From NCBI GenBank assembly GCA_009602735.1, contig WELA01002258.1, positions 574,594-638,593 of the forward strand: DNA of 64,000 bases. The letters are read 5' to 3'. Below the pieces are notes generated by a model. The model saw only the letters and a list, made by a program, of their open reading frames with translations, was not told the origin of the DNA and made no database searches. This DNA is from Mesotaenium endlicherianum (lineage: Eukaryota). The position numbers were made by a program, and so were the translations under genes. Below are positions 50,114 through 63,500 of the stretch, in pieces. The first letter of the stretch is position 1. Each line of letters starts with the position of its first letter.

Positions 50114-53100
50114 CTACAAGACTGTCGGCATCCTCCATTGAAAGTAGGTGGCTGTACAGAGGAACACCGTACTGCCAGTGAGGTACCACCGCAGCCAGGG
50201 CGCGTGGTACGCCCAAACGAGGACAAATGCCGAGAGGAGAATGAAGCCAAGGATCGTCGCAATGCCACGTGTCAAGCTGAGCTCGTCCTGCACAGCCACC
50301 CCTGGGAACTGCCCCTCCCGGTAGAACCCTGCCAGGAGCTCGTCCTTCTTCTGCCACTTGTCGTACAGCCACGCACTGATCTCCGCAGCATCCGAGGGCA
50401 TGTCGGCCATGGCGTATCGCTTCACGTGAATATGAACCTCCGACGGCTCCGTCCCCAGCAGAGCGCTGAGGAACTCCGGCGACGCCTTCTTGTAGCCTAT
50501 GGTCAGATCGTACACTGCGCAGAAAATGGGGAAAACAAGGGGGGGGAAAAGAAAGAAGAGAAAAAAAACATAAGGGGCAGGAGGGACTTATTCCATGCAG
50601 AGAGAGCCCCGAGAAACTCCAGCGAACGCCTTCTTGTAACCTACGGTCTAGATCACGGATACGGAAGTTTCCTGCCCACAAAATTTTGCAAGCAGGGAGA
50701 GTGTATCCTATGGTCAGATCGTAGATTGCACGTGAACCTTTCATAGGCAGGAAAGTGTACCGTACACTCCAATCATATATGCCGAATAAGAAGAAAATAT
50801 TTAGGCAGGAGAGGTCAACCCCCAGCACAGCAATTGGGGGGAAGCCTTCTTGAGCCCTATGATCAGATTGTAAATTACACGCCAGAGTGCCAGGGGCAGA
50901 AAGACTCAATTTCCAGCAGAGCCCTGAGGAGCTCCGGCAATGCCTTCGTGTATCCTGAAGGTTTATTTGTAAACTGCACACAAAAAGTCCAAGGGCGAGA
51001 AAGAGCAGTCCCCAGCAGAGCACTGAGGAGCTCCCCACAATGGCTCTCGTTAGTACCCTACGGTCAGAATCGTGGACTGCGCGCCACCTTGCCAGAGGCA
51101 GCCTGAGGCCGGAAGGTGGAGGGGGGGGTAGGATGAGTGGGTGCCCTGATGCTGAGTCATCACACTACTGCGTCTGCTACTTCTCCGTCCGTCAGTTCAT
51201 TGGAGGCGGGAAGGCAGAGAAGGTAGAGAAGGTGGCAGGGTAAGGGCTTGCATCACTTCCTCCCTCTTCTCAATAACGGCATCTGCTACTATAATGACGA
51301 GCCGAATGGCCGGAGGCGGCCGAAGGCAGGAGGAGGGCAGAGAAGGTGGCAGGGTCAGAGGCTGCTTAAACCCTCCCCCAACACATGTTTGTGCGTCTTC
51401 TGCTACTATTACCACAACAAGAGGTGTGAAGGCAGAAAGGCAGAGAAGGTGGCAGGGTAGGGGCTTGAGTCAGCACCTCTATCGTCATAGTACTTAATTA
51501 TATCTGCCACTCTCACCACGCTGCAAATTGCTAAACGCAAAGACAGGGAAGAAAGAAGGCGGTATATAAGAAAAGAGCTTACTTTGGTACCCCCTCCTCC
51601 ACTATCTTTTGCTTCTTCAGCTACTTTAACTACGTCAAAGGGCACGGGGCAGGAGGGCAGAACAGGCAACGGGGTATCAATTTGGTCGAGTACCCCTCCC
51701 CCGTGACAGCATACTGCTTCCTCTGCAACTTCTCTTGCGTAGGAAGTGCCAGAGGCAGGAGGGCAGAGAGGGCGGCAGACAAAAGCCCTGCTCTAGTGCC
51801 TCCTTTACTTAGGGATCGCAAAATCTGCAAAGCTGAAACTCTGCCTTCAGTTCTCAGTAGTAGGCAGACCTTTTTAAGATGTGTTCAGACTCCCCAACAC
51901 CACATCCCCGTTCGCACTAAAGAAACTCTGGCATGAATCGCGGAGGAGGCAGCCGGGAGGGCGTGTTCCCACTCAGCCTCCTCCTGCGCCCTCTCCTCCC
52001 CATGCTGCCTGCTCTCCTGGCGCTCTGCTCACTTGCTGCTCGACTCACTTGGGCCTATGCTCTGCTTACTTGGTGGGGTGCTTGTTCACTTGGAGGTCTG
52101 CTTACTTGGCGGGAGGTGCTTACTCAATGCTCTGCTTACTTAGTGCTCTGCTCAAGTGGAGGTCTACTCACTTGACGCTCTGTGCAACTGCTGCTCTGCT
52201 CACTTGAGGGTCTGCCTACCAGGCAAAAGGGCCTGCTCGATACTGGGGGTTGAAGTGTTAGGGGCCTTACCGGCGTCGATGGAGGGGGAGAGCACGTCGA
52301 GCGTGGCGGCGAAGCCCCGGTGGCGCGGGAGCAGCACGTTCTGCAGCTCGGGCAGCCCGTTGTCGCGCGCAAACGCCACGCTTTTCTGCCGCTTCTTCTC
52401 GCTGCCCACACACGACGGCGGCTCACTCGGCTCGGTCGGGTGCGCGATGGAGGGGCAGGCTGACGCCGACGCCCGCCGAGCGTCGATCGTAGAGTGGAGG
52501 GCTCACAGGATGTGCTCGCGGAAGAAGACGGCGTGGTGGAAAGGGTAATGGGCTGCTTACATGATGTGCTTATCATGCAAGGCAATGCCGAAAGAGGAAC
52601 AAAGGGAGGAGGACTTTGATGTTCCCACCCCACTCCCAGACGTGTCACCACTTTGCGCTGTGCTCGGTACTCAGTCACAAACATCTGAGCCTGAAGGGAA
52701 CACTCTTCTCCTTCTCCTCCCTCTCCTTGCCCTTCTCTCGCACGGGGAGGTGGAATCGAACGAGACAGGCAGGGGCGCGTCGGCATGTGCCCGTACAGCT
52801 GGCAGACGAGAAAGTGAATACTTCTATGAAATAATCAATGATGAGATATAGACAAAGCCTCCCTCCCACTAACCCCACATTTAACAGACAACCTTCAGAT
52901 GAACACCAGATGAACCACCTGAGGCGCCAACTAAGCACCCTCCAAAGGTACAACCTGTCCCAGGTGCCAACTGACTCTAGTCAACAGGAACGCCAGTCGA
53001 GGTGCCAGCTGACTGCCGTTGCCGCCGAGTAGGGGCCTTCCCACTGCAAGTCCCGACTGACTACAGTCAACAGGGTCGGCCTCTTTGGGGTGTTCCGCTG

Positions 53101-56061
53101 AACACAGTCAGGGGGAAAGCCCTAATCGAGGTGCCAGCTGGATACCTAGTTGAGATGGCAGCTAGATACCTAGTCGAGGTGCCAGCTGAATACCCCATGG
53201 AGGTCTCAGCCGGATACACTCCACAGGGACAACCTCAATCCAATCGAGGTGGGGGAGGAAGGGAACAGGTCGGGACGCTGGAGCCCACCACACTTGGTTC
53301 TTCTTAACGACCGTAAGAAGACGAGAAATTGTGACAAGAGTGAGTGCGTCAGAGCCTGCCCCACAGGAGTTGATCCTCAATGCCTGGGACGAATTGGAAA
53401 CAATCACTCGACGAAAAGCGAGCATTTTTTGCTCTTTCTACAGATACACATCCTCGCTGTCTTCACAACTAGGAGAGGGAAAGGGAGGGACAGAGAGGGA
53501 GGGGAGGGGGGGAGGGGGAGAGGAGAGAGAGAGGGAGAGAGAGGGAGAGCTCCGCTGACCTGTAGTCGGTGCCTTCGGGGAAGATGACGAACCAGAGGGG
53601 GTCCCGCCTGTCCAGGAAGGTGCTGAGAAGGTTCCGGATATTGGCTTCGTCCTTCTCCCACTTGCGGTCCAGGAAGAGAAACTCGAGCACGTGAAAGGCC
53701 CAGCCAAAGAGGGGGTAGTTCCGCACGCTGCTCTTCAGCGCGTACTTCACATACCCCAAGCGACCCTGCCAGCCAAACAGCATGCACATGGGACGCATGC
53801 TGGGTCAGATGGAGGCTTACAAAGTGCATGATAACAGCTGACGGAGCGCATGACAAGGGCTCATGGAGTGCCCGACGAAGGCTGACAGAGCGCGTGACGA
53901 AGGCTGACAGAGCGCATGGCGAAGGCTGATAGAGCACACCACAAAGGCCGCCAGAGCGCATGACGTAGGCTGACAGAGCGCATGGCAGAAGAGCACGCGA
54001 CAGAGGCTCATGGTTGCATGATGAAGGCTTATGGCCAGAGCAGAGGGCCTGCTCTACCCGAAGCTGATACTCTGAAAGAAGAAGCATCTGCTACTTCTGT
54101 TTTGGGCCCTCACCATTTGGCTTGAAAAATGCCCTCTGATCGACAGCACACGTGGCACATGTGGCAGGGCGGACTACACAGAAGACGAGCTGAGGTCTCC
54201 TCTCTCACAAACTGAAATATATGCTGAATGTCCCCTCATGCACTTGTTAAGAGACTTCACAAGAATTTGCCTCCAGGAGAGCGGGGGGACTAACCCTGAC
54301 TCTGTCCCAACTGAAAATCTGGTCTTCAGGTCATTGCAAGATACCAACTCTGACTCTGTCCCGATTGGAGTGTGGTCAACATGTCATTGTAAGGGACCAT
54401 CCCTGCCTGACCCCTGTCCTGATCTGGTCAGCAGATCGTTGTGAAAGACCGGCCCAAAGCAAGTCCTGATTAAAATGTTTGGTCAATAGTTCACTCATAT
54501 GACAAGCCAGAGTGTCCAGCTGTCTCATTTTTGCCACTGCTAAAAGCCATTGCTACCACTGACATACCGACGGCGTGGTCCATCAAGATCACCACTCACG
54601 CTGCTACGCTTGACCCCAATAAAGTATTATAATTAACTGAATTGATATATCTAACAATATACTGATTTAGTACAATCTCTCCAACTTAAATTCATGTCCA
54701 GAACAAGACTCACAAGAAACCTTCTCTCACTCATGCAACCCGGGGATCAATGGTCAGCCCGTAGTCAAGCATGCGAGTTTTGCTGCTGTCCAGTGAGCAA
54801 ACTAAGCCCTAGAAGACCCAAGGTACACTTACGCCTACGTGCCACTCCTAGGAAGTCCTTCAGAATGCCCTAGTAACCTAAACGACCAGTCTTCTCAATC
54901 ACACAGACTTAGAGGTACTCGTGAATGACAGCTTGCGGCCCTGAAGGCTGGTTGCTGGTTGGAATCAGCACGAGCTAGATGGCAGGGACTTGCAACACCA
55001 GAGAATCACACTTGTGCAAGAATATAATACCTTTCTTATGGCGAGATTCCAGATGTACATCCAGTCGAGCTCGGTGCGATGATTGCAAATGATCACCACC
55101 CTCTCCTTGGAGGGAATCTCGTCCCCAGCAAAGGAAACCTTTGCACCGATGATCTGGTGATAAAGGAGGACAGACACAAAGCACTTCTTGAGCACCAGAT
55201 CAATCTACGGACAGAATATTTTTGAAAGTAATAGGGACATAAGATACAGCAGGCTTGCCCACCCAGAGCTGATAGGCACGTCGTTCAAAGGATGCCCCAT
55301 TGTTGAAGTGTTTACGCAGATCAAGGACCAAGAGTAATGTGAAAGGTCCATGACCAGCCCCAATATACAACAGTGTTTATGAACGTATGCATAAGCACTA
55401 CTTGCACGTTTCGGCGGTAAAATGTCACATCTTTCACTCACAGTTGAGCTTCACAGAGAAGAACTTTCTGGATAAGTACGTGGTCATGTCGGCATGCTTG
55501 TAGATTAGAGCCGTAGGAGACTCCCCAACTTTGGCGTCGAGGAATATTATCAGCCGAACAGGTCTTACTTTAAGAAAGTAAACAGGACTAAGGGCCTCCC
55601 TACGTCACATAACCAGAGATAGATTGAAAACTTAGAAGGTTTCGATGACAAACCTTTTCAAAGTTGAAGGTCGGCATAGACAACCAAAGATTAAAGGCAC
55701 CACCGGCTAGTTTCCGACCAAGGTGCCGATTGACTCCTCTGATGACATGTTCAAAGGGTGCGAGGATCGCCAGCCAGATGAGACCAGTCACGAAGAGAAC
55801 CGAAACTACCACCACCCCTCGTAACACTTGAAGAACAGTAATTGGTTCACATTGGCATGCTACCTCTCGCTCATTATCTGCTTTATTTTCACTTTCCAAT
55901 AGTTTGTCAGAAGCAGATGCCGTCAAAGATCTGTTTTCTTGCGAGTTACTAGCATTACTCGTTCCTACCTCCGAAGTGCTTGCCGTATCAGAAATTAGAC
56001 TCTGGCCGTCCATAGAGACAGAGGGTAACACGTTCACAGTCTGCAAAGAACTTTCCCCCAT
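50114..56061 (-). CDS. 1-acyl-sn-glycerol-3-phosphate acyltransferase, LPAT4/5 type (5 exons)
   Basis: Phase-consistent exons: 56061-55654, 55153-55031, 53765-53560, 52401-52271, 50514-50114. Motif I NHRTELDW, FLDRKWEKDE, motif III FPEGTD, NVLLP, VYDLTIGYK, EVHIHV, KDELL. Confidence 0.93.
52005..52210. repeat. Degenerate 17-20-bp minisatellite (tgctctgcttacttgg..) in an LPAT intron
   Basis: Repeated tgctYactt cores. Confidence 0.8.
53825..54040. repeat. About 22-bp minisatellite (gacagagcgcatgacgaaggct) in an LPAT intron
   Basis: Multiple degenerate tandem copies. Confidence 0.85.
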
Positions 56062-57561
56062 ATCATCTACAGGATGTCACGAATATTCAGGCTTTCCAAA
56101 ACACCACTCTACATCCACTACCTAACGCCATCATTGCCGCCTTCAGAAAAGAGTCGACAATTGTCATCAATCATGTAACCAGGTGCATACGAGCAGAATG
56201 TAAGCAGCCCAGTGAGACGCCAGCATTTAGTAAGGGATATTTCAGGCTATATAAGGACGTCGCACAGCTTCTATCATAACCAGGAAGCTCGCCTGCTAAC
56301 AAGTCTTCATGTATACATGGTGCTTTCTATATTTTGCTGACGGCTAAATTTCGCATAAGGAACTGCATGCCAACTTCTGGACTATAGTATACTTTTCACT
56401 TGGCTGCTCTAGGACAGCATAGGATATTCCGCCACATGCCACATGCAGGGCGGCTAGGGCTCGAGTGACCTTGAGTGGAGCACAGAAGGGGATGAGAGGC
56501 GTAAGATCACGTCACACGGTCGGGTCAAACTTTGATTGCTCTTCTTTGGCTCCCGTCAGCTCCCGTTCATACATAGATCACCATCTATTGATTAATCGAC
56601 ATCTATCAGCATATATTGCTTTATGTCATTAACATCAGTTTCCGAAATCCACTATTGGACATCGCTCGAAGTGTATGGTTGACGACCAGAAGGCTACACC
56701 ATGGCTACACCAATTAAACAAGGCTTCCAATAGCACCGACAATTTGGTCGTACAGGCCTTCTAACGTCAACAATTGTCACATTGTCCACTTTCCTGCTGT
56801 AAGATTGGATATTGGCATACTTGCCTACGCTCGTGTAAGCCTTCGTTCTCCTTGAACATCCTTTCATGCACTTCTATCCCATCTTTGACTTTCGTCCAGT
56901 TGCATGCATAAAGCAACATAGAGCCATAGCTGCCTTTAATCTTAATTGCAAATGGTTTAGATGCTCTTTGTGTCGAACTGAAGTGATGATAAGCACACAT
57001 TTGCAGAGAATGTGCATGCCAAACATGTTCAAGCGATTATCTCGTTGGCGATGAGGTAGGTTTGCCTCGAGATACACATGAATCAAAGTCGTTCTAAAGA
57101 GTGAGGGTGAAGTCTTAATGCAGACGCAGGCTTGAGACGTCATGGTCAGTAATCTGGCGTTAATTAGGCTGACGAAGGGATATGCAACTGAAGCACTTTA
57201 ACAAATAGCTCGTCTTCAGAACAGTACATGAATACCATTGGCTTACTGAAGCTCATAGGAATTTCGCCGACACTTTAGAATGAGTCGTCAAAGTACCATG
57301 TTAAGAAATATAAAATTTATTTCAATAAGTTGTGCCTGAGAGCTCATTATACAGTTGATGTCATCGTAGGTGGAATTTTTGGGGAATGAACGCACCCATT
57401 ATTTCTAGCGCTCAACCAATACAGGTTCTCAAAGGCGTCCCTTAAACCTGTTAAACAGAGACCATAAGTTGCTATCATACTGCACTGCCAAACACATCTA
57501 CTACGACATCTGCTCGATATCGGGCACCCCGCAGAGTCAAACTGCTCCTTATATCGCATTT

Positions 57562-60500
57562 ATGAAGCTGAGAAGCGGCTCCACATACAGTAGAGAGGCC
57601 ACCAATGGAGAGGCCAGCACATCTCAGCCGTCCGAGTCCAAAACTGACGGCCCGAAGCAGTTTGACTGCGTGGCTGATGCATCCGACCACAAGTTTTGCG
57701 GGCAGACAGCTCAGGTGCATGCATCATGCGGCTGACAAGTTTCTCTGTCGGGCTCTTTCAAGTCTCCCAATGCTTTCCCCAGCTTAAGTTCCCTAGCAGT
57801 GCAGCAGCAGAGCTCTGACTCCGGACTCGACCATGCTCTCTGCTGTAGAGGATGCCACAGTTGAGCGATACTTTAGTTCGATGAAGATATATCAAATGGT
57901 TATCGCTCACGGGTATTTCACGAATGTGACTCGGGGTTGGATGTCATATCTGACCAATGTGTCCCTGCTTGACGATTTTATGCTAATGTACCTCTGACTA
58001 CTCTATACCTTTCATTCACGTATCCCTGATGAATGTGCTTCTGACTTTTGAGTATATATTTTATTGGACTAATCAATCCCTGACTAATGTACTTCTGACT
58101 GATATTATCTCGGACTGGCATATATCTCTGACTAGTGTACCTCTCACTAACACAGCTTTGAGTGATGTATCTCTAAGGAGCATTACTTCAATCATTGCTG
58201 AACTTTAGCTGACCCAGGAACGCCGTGCACCCCTGGTGCACCAACGCCTGCTGTGCCTTAACCTCACACTTCAACACTGTCGGAATGGACAAAATGGGGG
58301 AAAAGGGTCGGGGAAGGCGAAGGAGGACAGGGGGACGGGGAGGAAAGGGGGGGAACGGGGAGGGGGGAGATTTGCTGGGGAGGAGGAGAGGGGCCAGTGG
58401 TGGTTGCGTGAAGGAAAGAAGAGGCGGCTATGTCCCCATTCGGATGCATGGCTGCCTTGATGCTGCGTCAAATATGCAGTGGTGTCGCGTTCCACGCCGA
58501 GGTGGCGCCCCGGCTGAGGTGGCGCTGTGGCTGAGGTGGCGCCGTGTGCAGGCGACAGATAAGAAGACGTGGACCAAAAGCGTGCAGAGGGAATGGGAGA
58601 TCCTCGAGACGAATCTCCCTGGTGCACTCCCCACCTTCCCTTTCCTCCCCATGAAATCAGACCACAGAATTTCTCTAAATGTCATTATAGCTTAAGAATG
58701 CCCCCTGGGGTGACACGTGTGTCTTGGCACTGCTGACACGTGCACGTCTGCGTGTCCATGTGTCTGCAGTCTAAGTGCGCGCGCGCGCACTAAGCGCACA
58801 CCGAGCACCTGAGCCGAGGAGCTCGGAGGCCGCACAGTGGGCTGACACGTGTCCGTCTCTTGGCATGATTTTGGGTGCTCTGGGGCACGTGGCGTGTGCG
58901 AGGGGGCGTTGGGGATGTGCGCTCGCGCGCGCGCAGACACGATATACGTGCGCGTGTACGAGGAGCGCATGGACCTCATGCGCGCGCTCATCGTGGGCCC
59001 CGCCGACACGCCCTACCAGGACGGCCTCTTCGTCTTCGACATCTGGCTGCCGCCCCACTACCCCGCCAGCCCGCCGGTACGCGCGGGCGCGTGCATCTCT
59101 CTGCCCCCCCCTTCCTTTCTCTCCCCTCCCTCGTCCTCCTTCCCCCCTGCTTTCTGCCCTCCCTTTCCCTTTCCCCCACTCTCGTCACCTCCCCTCCCCT
59201 CGCCTTCCCCCTCCTCCTCTGTTCCCCCATCTCTGTCTGCTCAGCGGCACACCGAGGGTGGCTTCACAGACTTCTCCCCACATGGCCCCTCAAACAACTC
59301 GCTAGACATTTTGCAACGGTGCTCCACGTGGCTCCCCTTGTGGCTCACTAGATGGCTTCCTCAACGGCTCTGCTTCCCTCCCCCCTCCCCTCCTTACCAC
59401 TATCTGCTCAGCTGCACGGATGGCTCCCCAGATGGCTCCCCAGATGCTTCCACCCCCCCCCCCCCTCCCTTCCTTAGGATGCTCATTAGGGAAGCTGGCA
59501 GGCGGGATGCGATTGTTGCTTCTGCTACTGCTGCTGCTATTGCTGCTGCTGCTGGTGGTGGTGGTGGTGTCTGTTACTGCTGCTGCTGTTGCCACCGATG
59601 GTGCCGGTGGTGGTGCTAGTGCTGGTGCTGGTGCTGGTGCTGCAGCAGCATCTGCCTTGTCAGCACGTCCACGTGGGCACGGCCTGCTCCAGGGGCGCGC
59701 TAGCATTGCGCCACTTGGCATATCCCGCAAAGGAGGCTGCCCGTCCGGGGTCTAGTGGCTCCTCCTCCGCGTGCATTCCTGTGTGCATGCGTGCGTGCGT
59801 GCGTGCGTGTGTGGCGTGCGCACATGCGTGCATGCTTGTGTGGTGTGCGTGCGTGCGTGCGTGTGTCTGCAATTACGCGTGTGTTTTTTGTGAAATTCTG
59901 CGCAGGCCAAGGCACTACCCCTCGGGGGGGAGGAGGAGGGGGGCATCATGCATGCGTGGTGCGCATGCATTCATGCGTGTGTCTGTTTGTTTGGAACTCG
60001 GTGCAGGTCGTGCACTACCACTCGGGGGGGGAGCGAATCAACCCCAACCTGTACGACTGCGGCAAGGTGTGCCTGAGTCTGCTCAACACGTGGGCGGGCA
60101 CTGGGACCGAGAACTGGTCTCCCTCCTCCACCATCCTCCAGGTTAGGGTCTCCCTCTCTCCCTTCCCCCCTTCCTTCCTCCCTTCCTTCCTCCCTTCCCT
60201 CCTCCCTTCCTCCCTTCCTTTCTCCCTTCCTCCCTTTCACACGCACGCACGCACGCACACACACACACGCACGCACGCATATACGCCCAACACGCACACG
60301 CACGTGCCCGCACGCACGCATATACACCCAACACACACATGCACGTGCCCGCACACACGCACTCTATGTCCCTCCCACGCACACATACAGACACACGGAC
60401 ACACACACACACACACACACAGATACACACACGCGTGCGCGGGCACGCGCAGGTAGGCAGTGGGATTGATACTTCACTAGTGGCTTTCATCACAAAGATA

Positions 60501-63500
60501 ATGAGCATGTTTGGAAATGGACGGAACTCAGAGGGCGTGTGACTCCACTTCTCCTCCTGGGGGCCCCCTGATGGTGCAGGTCCTGATGGACCCTACCCTG
60601 GCACCGCGTGCGTGGCGCCCTCCTGCCCCTCCTCCTGCTCCTCCTGCCCCTCCTTCTCCTGTTCCTTCTCCTGTTCCTTCTTCCTCCCTCCTCCCTTCCC
60701 CCTCCTCCCACCTCTTGCTGCTGCCGCTGGTGCTGGAGGCCCTGCAAGGCCTGGTGCTGGTCCCCCAGTCCAACTCTGCCATCTCTTCTACAGCACCCTC
60801 CTCCTCCTCCTCGTGCTGCTGCTGCTGCGGCCGCTGCTGCCGCTTCCGCAGGTGCTGCCCTAGCCTGCAGGGCGTGGTGCTGGTGCCGCATTTCCACTGC
60901 AACATCTGTTGGACTGCACTCTGCTCGCGCTCCTCCTGCTCCTCCTCCTCCTCCTCCTCCTCCTCCTCCTCCTCCTCCTCCTCCTGCTGCTGCTGCTCCT
61001 CTTGCTTCTGCTCCTGGGGCAGGTCTGGTGAGCCTGCAGGGCCTGGCACGGGTCCCCAAGCCCTGCTCTAACATCACCTCCATGGCGCTCCCCTCCTCCA
61101 TCCTGCTGCCCCTGCCGCTGCTGCTGCTCCTCCTGCTCCTCCTCCTGCTCCTCCTGCTGCTGCTGCTCCTGCCGATGCTGCTGCTGCTCTTGCAGGTGCT
61201 AGTGAGCCTGCAGGGGCTGGTGCTGGTGGCGCAGCCGTACTTCAATGAGCCCGGGTACGAGCGCTCCATGGGCACCCCCGACGGGGAGCGCCGCTCCAGG
61301 GAGTACAGCGACAACGCGCTCGTGCTCACCTGCAAGGCCATGATGTACCTCATCTGCCTGCGCCCCCTGGTGCGTCCCCCCTGGTCACTCGCCCCTGGTC
61401 ACTCCCCCCTGGTCGCAGTGCTCGCTCGCCTGTTCGCCTGTAAGCTTACGATGTACCTCGCTTACATCTGCCTGTGCCCTCTGGTGCGTTCCCCCTGGTC
61501 ACAGTCCTGCGGTGCATCCCCCCTGGTCACAGTTCTTGCTTACAAGTGCGTGATGTCTCTCGTCTGCCTGAGTCCCCTGGTGCGTCCCCCGTCCCCCCTG
61601 GTCACGATCTCTCCGGCCCCCCTTCCCTGTCCCCTCTCTCCTCTACCCATTTTCCCCTCCACCCTCCACGCTCCTCCCGTCCGCCCCCCTCGCAGCTCCT
61701 CCCTTTGCGCAGCCCCTCTCACGCTCCCACCCCNNNNNNNNNNNNNNNNNNNNNNNNNNNNNNNNNNNNNNNNNNNNNNNNNNNNNNNNNNNNNNNNNNN
61801 NNNNNNNNNNNNNNNNNNNNNNNNNNNNNNNNNNNNNNNNNNNNNNNNNNNNNNNNNNNNNNNNNNNNNNNNNNNNNNNNNNNNNNNNNNNNNNNNNNNN
61901 NNNNNNNNNNNNNNNNNNNNNNNNNNNNNNNNNNNNNNNNNNNNNNNNNNNNNNNNNNNNNNNNNNNNNNNNNNNNNNNNNNNNNNNNNNNNNNNNNNNN
62001 NNNNNNNNNNNNNNNNNNNNNNNNNNNNNNNNNNNNNNNNNNNNNNNNNNNNNNNNNNNNNNNNNNNNNNNNNNNNNNNNNNNNNNNNNNNNNNNNNNNN
62101 NNNNNNNNNNNNNNNNNNNNNNNNNNNNNNNNNNNNNNNNNNNNNNNNNNNNNNNNNNNNNNNNNNNNNNNNNNNNNNNNNNNNNNNNNNNCACCCCCCA
62201 CCCCCCCATCTCTCTGCCTGGTCCTCATCTCTATTCCCTTTCTCTCTTTCTTGTCTGCCCTCCCGCATGGCTTTGCACCCAGACAGCTTTGCTCTTCCTC
62301 TTCCTCTTCCTCTTCCTCTTCCTTGTCCTCGTCCTCGTCCTCCTCTACCTCTTGCCGAACAGTAAGCGGTGACCAGATCACCCACATGCTTTTCTCTCGG
62401 TCTTACAATCCCCTCGGCCATCAGCCTTTCCCGACCGGTGCTCTTGCGGTTTGAAACAGAGCGGGACAAAACTTCGCCTGCCGACTTTCTCTCGACCTCA
62501 TGGAGATGGGCCCGTGCAGGCCCGCAGGCCTCCTCCTCCTCCTCCTCCTCATCCTCCCTCCCTCCTCATCCTCCTCCTCCTCCTCCTCCTCGTTATCCTT
62601 TTCCTCCTCCCCCTCCTCCTTTGCCTCCTCCTCCTCCTGCTCCTCCTCCTCCTCCTCCTCCTCCTCTTCCTCCTCGTTATCCTTTTCCTCCTCCCCCTCC
62701 TCCTTTGCCTCCTCCTGCTCCTGCTCCTCCTCCTCCTCCTCCTCCTCCTCCTCCTCTCTTGCCTCCTTCACCTTCCTCCTGGCATCTTGTCTCGTAGCAC
62801 TCCTTGTTTGGTTTGCGGTGGCCCTTCTGCTGCGCGGGGTTCTCTCGAGCCTCCTTAAACCTGGGCTTGGCGTCATTCGACTTTGAGTTCTAGACGTCAT
62901 CAAACTCTGCGTACCAGAATCATCGGACTATTACAAAGATCGGGTGCAGATGCAGTTGGGGGGACTGGGCCTCTCTCATTGGCGTCAGTCCTCACGTCTA
63001 AGGTCAAGGTCTAGAAGTCAGGGTTTCTGGGGGTTGCAAGACTATGATACACCGTCGCTCGGACTGCTTGCATGAATGACTTTGAGCGCAAGTGGGTGCC
63101 GGGGGGGGGGGGGAGGAGATTAGATAACAATAGGGCTCGGGAGAAAGGGGCCAGGCCTGTCGTTGGTTGGGGTCGTTGTCTCCTGGCCTCGCTTTGGGGC
63201 GTTAGTTCCAAGTTCCAGGATACATTTGAGATTAGGGTTTAGGCCTAGGTTAGGTTGTAGTTGTCGTGAAGTTGGTAGCATGTAGGTGTGTGCATGTAAT
63301 GTTTTGAAGGCGGATAAATGATGTATATATATGTATATATACGCATATATATATCTCCATATATAAGTACATAAATGCATACATATATGTATCTAAATAT
63401 GTATGTCTATACATACACATATACATAGATGTATACATAAATGTAAACATATATGCATCTAAATACATATATGTCAATAGATACATATATACATGTATAG

